This document shows positions 57,027 through 64,000 of a stretch of DNA of 64,000 nucleotides, piece after piece. How positions within the stretch are numbered: position 1 is the stretch's first letter; each line of letters begins with the position of its first letter. Below the pieces are notes generated by a model. That model searched no databases, had not been told where the DNA came from, and saw only the letters and a program-made list of their open reading frames with translations. The position numbers and the translations under genes are program-made. The stretch lies in sequence record MZ501268.1. One strand, 5' to 3'.

Positions 57027-57869
57027 ATGCGTCAATATTTAGATGGTATCCGTTACATCTTTGAGAACGGGTCACAACGTGGAGATCGTACCGGTGTTGG
57101 CACACTGTCTATCTTCTCAATGAAACAGTCTTACGACCTGCGTAAAGGGTTTCCCCTCGCCACCAGTAAAAAGATCCGCTTCGACTATATTGCCGAGGAG
57201 TTGATCTCTTTCCTATCCGGCGATCCCGATATGGTGGGTATCAAGATCTGGGATGACTGGCGGGTCAAAGACGAAGTTTCTCGTGAAGTTCCAATGGATA
57301 ACCACGAGCGTCTGGAAGCCTGGTGTAAATTGTCTGACCTTAAGCATGAGGTCGCCATGACACAGCTCAACGGTATGGGTAGCGCTTCTGCCGGCCATGC
57401 ATTTCTTGACCAGCAGGGTGTTCCGCGTAATAAGAAAGTTGTGCTGGTAGAAGAAGGTGCGTTGAATGCACCATACGGACCAGCGTGGCGTGCGTGGAAG
57501 GGACGTCAGGGTGAAGTGCATGATCAGATCGGCTATCTGCTTAAGTTGCTTAAAAACAATCCTACGAGCCGTCGTATGTTGTTGTCCGCCTGGGATCCGG
57601 CGAACATGCCTGATGAATCCATCAGCCCGCAGGATAACGTGGTTGATGGCAAACCATGCCTGACTCCTTGCCATTGGGCGTTTGAGCTGTACACCGATGA
57701 AATACCATTGGATGAACGTGAAGCGTATTGCCGGGATCACATGCCGTTGCTGTATGAATCTATTCAACAGGCAATGAGTTTTCCGGAATATCGGTCCGTG
57801 GATTTGGAAGGCTTACTGGATAGTAAAGAAGTCCCGCGTTATTACCTGGACCTGAAGTACCATCAGCGT
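57027..57869 (+). CDS. thyA: thymidylate synthase exon 1
   Basis: DRTGVGT, FPLATSKK, ELISFL, IWDDW, YGPAWR, SRRMLLSAW, LTPCHW, YHQR. Confidence 0.95.
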
Positions 57870-58724
57870 AAACATGACTGCGCCCTTGTAGCGTGAGCTA
57901 CATTGAAATTAACTTTCCTTAATGCTGGAACACCTCAACGTTCTTTTGACCACAACGCAATCGGTGACGATAATCGTGATGGTTTCAAAACAAAAGAATT
58001 ACGGTCAATCAGCAGCTAAATCACCTCAGGTTTATATTACACCCGTGAGTTAATAAGGAGTGTAATATGCTAAACGATCCATTGGTTAGGCGTAATTTAT
58101 CTAAGCGCTGGTACAACATGATGTCAAGGTGTAATAACCCCGATCATGCTAACTACAAAACGTATGGCGCTATTGGTATTATGGCCAGCTTACGTTGGCG
58201 GGATAAAGAAACGTTTATTAAAGACGCAATCACATTACCTGGTTATAACCGTGAGTTACTGCTTAGCGGTCAGTTATGGTTAGACAAAGATTTTATTGTT
58301 CCAGGTAATAAAGTGTACGACGTCGCTTTCTGTTGTTTCTTATTGAAAACAGAAAGTAATCAATACAAACCTCAGCAAATGAGACCATTCGTTGCGATAG
58401 CTCCAAATGGCCATGTTTACAAAGGTAATAACCAAAGTGAGTTTGCCAAAACACATGGGTTATCCCAAACAACTATAAGTGAATGTCTTGTTGGAAAACA
58501 TGCGGGTCATAAAGGTTGGGTGTTTAGGTTTGAGTGATCAGTTCAGAGACTATCGAAAGCCCCTGCAGGAACATAGATGGGGAGCGAGTAGAGTAGGCGA
58601 GCAAGTGCCGCCGAAAAGGGAAAGGGTCTTCATGGATGAAGATCGTGATATAGTCCGACACCCTCAGTGATGGGGGCTGCGATTAAATTCGCGGAGATGG
58701 AGTAACGTCTATCTTGAACAGTTG
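57870..58724 (+). mobile_element. group I intron in thyA
   Basis: Exon 1 ends in U, intron ends in G; P (AATGCTGGAA), Q (AATCAGCAG), R (TCAGAGACTA) and S (GATATAGTCC) core elements; P1, P2 and P10 pairings found; splicing restores QR-SCD. Confidence 0.92.
58067..58537 (+). CDS. intron-encoded HNH-type homing endonuclease with C-terminal NUMOD1-like HTH
   Basis: WYNMMSRCNNP..YKTYG..GI..W, LDKD..GNKVY..C.F..N, then SEFAK.HGLSQTTISECL.G..HKGW. Confidence 0.85.
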   Translation: MLNDPLVRRNLSKRWYNMMSRCNNPDHANYKTYGAIGIMASLRWRDKETFIKDAITLPGYNRELLLSGQLWLDKDFIVPGNKVYDVAFCCFLLKTESNQYKPQQMRPFVAIAPNGHVYKGNNQSEFAKTHGLSQTTISECLVGKHAGHKGWVFRFE

Positions 58725-59021
58725 AGTTGTGATTACATGGTTGGCGTGCCATATAACATCGCCAGTTATGCGCTACTTCAGACTATGTTCGCAGCTACGG
58801 TGAATATGGTGCCGCGTATCTTAGAAGCGGACATGACCAACGTCCACATCTATAACTTCCACAAAACGAATGCCATCATGCAGGCAAGTCGTACCCCACG
58901 TGAGTTACCGACATTAAAGGTACTCACACACCGGGACAAACTGGAAGACTACCGGCTTGAAGACTTCGGGTTGTATGGTTACGACCCACAAGGGTTTATT
59001 AAATATGAGCGAGCGGTATAA
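58725..59021 (+). CDS. thyA: thymidylate synthase exon 2
   Basis: SCDYMVGVPYNIASYALL, NVHIY..H, ELPTL, YDPQGFIK. Confidence 0.95.
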   Translation, partial: SCDYMVGVPYNIASYALLQTMFAATVNMVPRILEADMTNVHIYNFHKTNAIMQASRTPRELPTLKVLTHRDKLEDYRLEDFGLYGYDPQGFIKYERAV

Positions 59022-59043
59022 CTAACTGATTGAAAGGAGCACG

Positions 59044-59421
59044 GTGACAATGGACAGAGAGTCTACTCATACTTTGGTGTTTGGGGTTGACAGTACTGTT
59101 GCAGATGTTGATGTCATGCGAAAGCTGTGTGGCGATATGTCTAAGCTGATTTGTCATAAACGATTCGGATTGGCTGATGTGTATGTTGTGCACTACGAAG
59201 CAGTAACTACCACCGGCCTTGTTGTTGAGAAGACGACCTGGATTAATATCAGTTCATTGTTCGATGTGTCCGATTCAGACTGCTTGCGAACAAACCTTTT
59301 GACGTATAAAGGGTTAGTGGCTGAAGACTTACTGCGGATGTTAAGAGAGAAGTTTGATTGGTCGGGCATCTACTTGAAAGTCACCCTTCGCTTGATAGGT
59401 AGTAAGCCGGAGTCAAAATAA
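59044..59421 (+). CDS. hypothetical protein
   Basis: AAGGAG RBS. Confidence 0.6.
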   Translation: MTMDRESTHTLVFGVDSTVADVDVMRKLCGDMSKLICHKRFGLADVYVVHYEAVTTTGLVVEKTTWINISSLFDVSDSDCLRTNLLTYKGLVAEDLLRMLREKFDWSGIYLKVTLRLIGSKPESK

Positions 59422-59423
59422 AC

Positions 59424-59464
59424 CAGCATAAGGAGAGGGCGTTTGCCCTCTCCTGTTTATGCCG
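59424..59464. terminator. terminator with flanking GCATAA/TTATGC arms
   Basis: CAGCATA-AGGAGAGGGC-GTTT-GCCCTCTCCT-GTTTATGCCG. Confidence 0.85.
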
Positions 59465-59561
59465 ATTAAATATCTACGGTTTGAGCTGCAGATGTTTTCA
59501 AACCTATATGACGTAAGTGAATATCCCATTCATTAATTAACCCTTTGTAAGGAGTATTACC

Positions 59562-60890
59562 ATGGCCGTATTAAAATCTAAAACAGCTTTGTTCGACTGG
59601 TATGTGGGTCTGAAAACAAATCTTAAATCCAACAAAATCACTGTCATCGAATTTGAGAAAGAAATCATCGATACCATCGTTGATTTCTTTGAAGGCAAGA
59701 AAGAAGTTACGCCGACCAAAGCTGACCTGATTGCCGATATCTTGAATGCCGTGGGATATGATCATCTCTTCACAAAGAACTGGTCTGTGCATCTGGCGTA
59801 TGTACTGGGCGAAAGTGGCGCCACCACTAATGAAGTCGTTAAGACAGCTCTGGATAACTTTACATCGGTCCAGGTCGCAGGTTGGCAAAGAAAAGAAAAG
59901 GAAGCTGCAAAGACTTTCCCTGAGTTCACAACTTACGATGCATTAAAGAACTGGTTACATAGCACGTTTCCAGCTATTAATGCTAACCGTAATCTGGGGC
60001 AGCCTCAGCAGGTCATCGATTATGCTATCGTTGGGGAAGTAATCGCCACAAAGCTAGGCAAATTGAATAAGCTGCTTGATCCTGCCGATCCACAGCACTA
60101 CCGTAACATCGGGATCATCGATCAGTTCGTGTCCGTGTTCACCGCCATGCCGTTCCCGTTGGAAACTTACGGGTTGCTTATCGAAGTACTTCACGACCTT
60201 TACACTAACCCAGCAGTAACGCCTAATATCACAGCTTTTGTACACAGTAAAGATGCGGCTAAAGAGCTGGTTGTACAACCCTCTGCTGCTGAAAGAGCAC
60301 GGCAGCGTGCAGATCATTGGATGTCTCAGAACCCTGGACACATCAGTATACTGGAAACTTTTGCTGAACGTTACTGTCCTGTCACCACTGCACTGCAGCT
60401 TGCCCGCTCAGAGCTCACTGACTTTATCGTAGAAACTGCAAGATCTGTTCTAATCGCCATAAGTAATCCAGTCACGGCGGAGTACTCTGCGTTCTTACTG
60501 ACCGGTACGCGCACCGACACGCTTGAGTTGGATAACGGTGTTGTTGCGATCAACACCCAGATCAAGTCAAACGGCGTAGTGGAACTTCGTATCTATAAAG
60601 AATACACTACCCAGTTAGTTCCCCGTGGACTTAACGCTAACTATCAAACACAAAGAAAAGAGAACTACGCACACAGTCAGCAACCTGGATTTGTGGGTGC
60701 TGTTATTGACCAACTGATTCACATGTGGCCAATCCCTAATCGTCCTCCACGTTACGATAATAATCGTTTTAATAATGGACCGACGGTTCTTGATGACGTG
60801 TTGGGTAAAGTCGGTCTTGTGGCCGATGGGTATAACGTCGTTGCGAGTGTCGCTGCACTTGATGATTATCTGATGGTCGTCCTGCACTAA
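59562..60890 (+). CDS. hypothetical protein, paralog family member 1
   Basis: 442 aa; N-term WYVGLKTNLKSNKITVIEFE shared with the 60954 and 62253 ORFs. Confidence 0.6.
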   Translation: MAVLKSKTALFDWYVGLKTNLKSNKITVIEFEKEIIDTIVDFFEGKKEVTPTKADLIADILNAVGYDHLFTKNWSVHLAYVLGESGATTNEVVKTALDNFTSVQVAGWQRKEKEAAKTFPEFTTYDALKNWLHSTFPAINANRNLGQPQQVIDYAIVGEVIATKLGKLNKLLDPADPQHYRNIGIIDQFVSVFTAMPFPLETYGLLIEVLHDLYTNPAVTPNITAFVHSKDAAKELVVQPSAAERARQRADHWMSQNPGHISILETFAERYCPVTTALQLARSELTDFIVETARSVLIAISNPVTAEYSAFLLTGTRTDTLELDNGVVAINTQIKSNGVVELRIYKEYTTQLVPRGLNANYQTQRKENYAHSQQPGFVGAVIDQLIHMWPIPNRPPRYDNNRFNNGPTVLDDVLGKVGLVADGYNVVASVAALDDYLMVVLH

Positions 60891-60900
60891 ACCAATCCTA

Positions 60901-60925
60901 GGGGGGGGGGTAATCCTCCCCATTT
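60901..60925 (+). terminator. terminator hairpin
   Basis: GGGGGGG-GTAAT-CCTCCCC-ATTTC. Confidence 0.55.
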
Positions 60926-60953
60926 CAATTAACCTTAAATAAGGTGATCTACC

Positions 60954-61529
60954 ATGAACGAAGAATCAATTGATCAGTGGTTTCATGAGTTAAAAAGTAA
61001 AGTGATGTGGATGACCATCACCGTTGATGAATTTCAGGTAGCACTTGTGAATTACTTAACCGACTTACTGCGGGGGTACGAGACAGATTCATCGTTCGAT
61101 AAAGAGACCACTGTCAGTGCTGTCAACCATTACTTCAAGTTGATGACCGAGGTTCAGTTCAATGCTTGTTACAGTTTGACTATTTTCAGACTGGTAACGG
61201 GTACTGATATCCATGACCGGGGTATGAACACAACCCATATCCTTGAATGGCTGGCTGCAAACCAACCAGCGACCTCGCGTTATCATGAGAAGCCGGTAAT
61301 GGCGGTCTCACTCGACACCCTAGTTACGACGAAATGGTCATCCGTGGTTGCATTGTTCTATCAGGATATTCTGACTGAACTGACCAGGGATGATAAACAC
61401 ACGTGGACAGAAGCCACAAAGATCTTAGTCGCAAACCTGGCAATCCCTACCCAGGAAGTGGTTGATATCGTACACTGGTTAGTTGCCCGCACTGTTGACG
61501 CCACCCATACCCCAATTATTCCGGAGTAA
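60954..61529 (+). CDS. hypothetical protein, paralog family member 2
   Basis: WFHELKSKV..ITVDEFQ..VNHYFKLM. Confidence 0.6.
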   Translation: MNEESIDQWFHELKSKVMWMTITVDEFQVALVNYLTDLLRGYETDSSFDKETTVSAVNHYFKLMTEVQFNACYSLTIFRLVTGTDIHDRGMNTTHILEWLAANQPATSRYHEKPVMAVSLDTLVTTKWSSVVALFYQDILTELTRDDKHTWTEATKILVANLAIPTQEVVDIVHWLVARTVDATHTPIIPE

Positions 61530-61537
61530 TACAACCC

Positions 61538-62212
61538 ATGTTAACCGCCAAGAAAGCTAATAAGTCCTTAGGTGAACACGCAGCATCGTTCGAGGCAATA
61601 AATCGCTCAGGCAAAAAGACCAAAGCCCCAAAGAAAGCAAAATGGACGATCGGTAATGTGGGCGAGAACCTCGTTGTCCAAGGTATCGTTTCGTTCTTAA
61701 AGAACAGCAAGACCCTCAAGATGCGTGAGGTTAATGAAGCAGCTATTCGTATCACGAAGATCATGGATGCACAGATCACGATTAATGAAGCCAAAAACTT
61801 TGTTGCTTCCGTGATTGGTTATCGTAACTACGATGCAATCAATGTTGAGATCCGCACGGCAATTCCTGTACGCAATAAAGTACAACAACGTAAAGCAGCC
61901 AAGATGCCGGAAGAGCGGCTTGACGATGGCCCATTGACGTTGATTGAGAAACGCGACCCAGGAACTGATGGTGAAGTTAAAGCAGATGTATTACCGACCT
62001 TATACCTCTTGCTGACCCCAAGTATCTCTAAGGGGCAATTCCGTCGTACCGGTAAGGCATATCGCGATTATATAAACCAACGTGAACCTGAGCACTATGT
62101 CACGCTTATGCAGGCGTATAACCACGTAGCCAAATGTTTGGGGTATCCGAGCTATCATGAGATGCCTCGTGTTTACCCGTTAATCAACCTCAATGCCGCT
62201 GATTGGAAATGA
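61538..62212 (+). CDS. basic protein with two copies of an A..VA..(I/L)GY..Y motif
   Basis: EAKNFVASVIGYRNYDAI and QAYNHVAKCLGYPSYHEM. Confidence 0.6.
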   Translation: MLTAKKANKSLGEHAASFEAINRSGKKTKAPKKAKWTIGNVGENLVVQGIVSFLKNSKTLKMREVNEAAIRITKIMDAQITINEAKNFVASVIGYRNYDAINVEIRTAIPVRNKVQQRKAAKMPEERLDDGPLTLIEKRDPGTDGEVKADVLPTLYLLLTPSISKGQFRRTGKAYRDYINQREPEHYVTLMQAYNHVAKCLGYPSYHEMPRVYPLINLNAADWK

Positions 62213-62252
62213 GTCAGCAAACCCATTTAATCTTAAGTGAAGGATACTCCCC

Positions 62253-62966
62253 ATGAACAAAGAAACATACACTGAATGGTTCAAAGGTCTTAATGCGCGT
62301 TTGGCTGATGGCACTTACACCAACAAAGTATATGAACGCCTCATCATTGATAATTTGCAGTCGTTAATCGTTAAGCGCTATAACGACAGACACAACCGCG
62401 ATCAAATGACCTGGGCTGAGCACTACGAGCTAATTAACCATTACTTCGAAATGTTAATTGATGCGCCGCTGACCAATACTGGAGTAGTAACCCTGCTGCT
62501 GTCAGTCAGGACAAACTTCAGGATGTTGCCTGCCGCGCGGGAATTGGCTGCTAAACATAAAACCACAATAATTGATCCCAACTTTTTAATGCCTGGGCGG
62601 TTAATGGATAACCCTGGATTGCTGCGGAAGGTGGTTGTGCGCGGCACTGAGACAATGGTAGATCGTCCGGTGATCACACAGGTCAACGAGGCGGATGATG
62701 AGATGACTATTGCACTGCCATGGAAACTGGCGCTGCACGTCTATAAGGGATTCCTGGTAAAAGAGCTGATGGCGAATCATGACTTCAGCTACCATGATGC
62801 TTACAAGTATATCACTGATCATTATAGTGAGTATGATGAGTTGTTAGATAAACTCATCCAGGATATCATTACTCATAAGGAATCGCATTTAGTGTCAGTC
62901 GGTGGCGGTATCACCGCAGCAGGGACGGGTCTGGTTGTGAGTGGAGTTATTAAACCGGAGGAGTAA
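62253..62966 (+). CDS. paralog family member 3 fused to an RNAP beta-prime-like fragment
   Basis: N-term WFKGLNARL..INHYFEML; aa 121-206 GLLRK..G..RPVIT..LPWKLA..LLDKLIQDII resemble the beta-prime switch-2/dock region. Confidence 0.65.
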   Translation: MNKETYTEWFKGLNARLADGTYTNKVYERLIIDNLQSLIVKRYNDRHNRDQMTWAEHYELINHYFEMLIDAPLTNTGVVTLLLSVRTNFRMLPAARELAAKHKTTIIDPNFLMPGRLMDNPGLLRKVVVRGTETMVDRPVITQVNEADDEMTIALPWKLALHVYKGFLVKELMANHDFSYHDAYKYITDHYSEYDELLDKLIQDIITHKESHLVSVGGGITAAGTGLVVSGVIKPEE

Positions 62967-63535
62967 TGGAAAAGGATATACAAACGACCTTCAAGGAACG
63001 TTACGGGGATTTAATTAAACCAGGTAACGAAATTACTGTTCCTTTATACCACATCAGTTTTCATGGTGATCGTGAAGGCATCTGGATACCTAAAGTACCG
63101 GACTCCCCTTTCGACACACCAAAGAACCCAAGCATCTCTTACGAAATGCCAATACCTCGTATTTGTGTAGCCCCTTCTATCGAGCAATGTTTCTGGGCAA
63201 TCTACCCGAACATCTCTCATTACTTTGAGGAGGAGAACTACGCTGCGATGTGCTTTACGGTGTACCGACCCATGTTAAACGCGAACAGTGCGGTGGTAGA
63301 CACTGCCGCATTAACTCAACGGCAGTTAGTGTGTGATGCGCATGTCACCGGAGAGCACTGGTTGCTTGGCGAGACCTTCATGGAGATTGTTGATCAGATT
63401 CGTATCAATAATACCTCTGCTGGGGAATTCGTCAAGTATCGTCCGTATAACTCTCAGGAAGGTTATGAGTGGGAACTTGCGCCTAAGAATGTAGTCTATA
63501 CTCAATTAACCTATTGTCCCTGCGGTAAGGAATAA
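62966..63535 (+). CDS. putative ADP-ribosyltransferase-fold protein
   Basis: LYHIS .. PKVP .. PRICVAPSIEQC .. DAHVTGEHW ordered like ART H/S/E strand motifs. Confidence 0.45.
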   Translation: MEKDIQTTFKERYGDLIKPGNEITVPLYHISFHGDREGIWIPKVPDSPFDTPKNPSISYEMPIPRICVAPSIEQCFWAIYPNISHYFEEENYAAMCFTVYRPMLNANSAVVDTAALTQRQLVCDAHVTGEHWLLGETFMEIVDQIRINNTSAGEFVKYRPYNSQEGYEWELAPKNVVYTQLTYCPCGKE

Positions 63536-63540
63536 AAAAT

Positions 63541-64000
63541 ATGATCAAAGCTTCTACTGATGACACGCATACTGCTTATGACATGTCAAATAACGAAATC
63601 AACGAACTGGCGTTTGAAGTCAACCGCATTGCCGGATTTGCTATTCGTCGTGAGCATATCGTGATCGCCATGTTTCATTACAAAAAGAATGATCCTGCGC
63701 ATCAACCCGACCATGCGATTACTGTAATGAATGAAGCGAGCTCCATCATCGCACGCTTCCCACAACTCGAGAAGTGGCGTAAACAGATCATGCTGGGTTG
63801 TCTCTTCCACGATACGCATTGTCATGTGGATCGTGATATGCATCATCTACTGGGGGCGAATCATGTACAACGCATACTCGGAGCCAGTGCCGATGATTAT
63901 GGGTTAAGCTTAGCAGACGTCTACCTGATCTCTCAAGCCGTTCTTGAACATCGTGCCTCTTGGAAGTACCCGCGTATTAACCCTGTATCCAACGCTGTGG
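63541..64000 (+). CDS. HD-domain phosphohydrolase (truncated by window end)
   Basis: Not in the ORF track; translates MIKAST..YKKNDPAHQPDHA..CLFHDTHCHVDRDMHH..VLEHRASW. Confidence 0.8.
   Translation, partial: MIKASTDDTHTAYDMSNNEINELAFEVNRIAGFAIRREHIVIAMFHYKKNDPAHQPDHAITVMNEASSIIARFPQLEKWRKQIMLGCLFHDTHCHVDRDMHHLLGANHVQRILGASADDYGLSLADVYLISQAVLEHRASWKYPRINPVSNAV

Noticed and set aside
60901-60910. G homopolymer as a phase-variation tract
   Set aside because: It is intergenic and forms the 5' arm of a terminator hairpin.
858-63846. Numerous antisense and alternate-frame ORFs in the six-frame track (e.g. 40471-41430 minus, 57213-57767 minus)
   Set aside because: They shadow well-supported genes, lack RBSs and have no motifs; only the spanin overlap is accepted.
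1-64000. CRISPR array, tRNA cluster, rRNA or IS element
   Set aside because: No regularly spaced direct repeats, cloverleafs or transposase motifs seen by eye.

Overview
This window is part of a phiKZ-like jumbo phage genome (Chimalliviridae-type), probably of an enterobacterial host; all assignments are by motif recognition without database searches. About 1-31 kb is conserved core: non-virion RNA polymerase beta subunit, a Q/P/M-rich protein, portal, baseplate and virion paralogs, RuvC-like resolvase, a holin candidate with an overlapping spanin pair, a four-gene tail-fibre cluster, central spike and SbcC ATPase. About 31-64 kb is a plus-strand accessory region: signal-peptide lytic transglycosylase, GNAT, SspB, a TPM/LemA-like membrane pair, a broken Toprim gene, RtcB, a kelch-like propeller, an HslV-like pair, a DEDD exonuclease, thyA split by a group I intron carrying an HNH gene, an ART-like protein and a truncated HD hydrolase. 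The most unusual signal is a three-member paralog family at 59.5-63 kb. Its last member is fused to what looks like a non-catalytic fragment of the RNAP beta-prime subunit. A non-canonical hairpin-TTATGCCG terminator motif recurs at least 11 times. No tRNA or CRISPR array could be supported.
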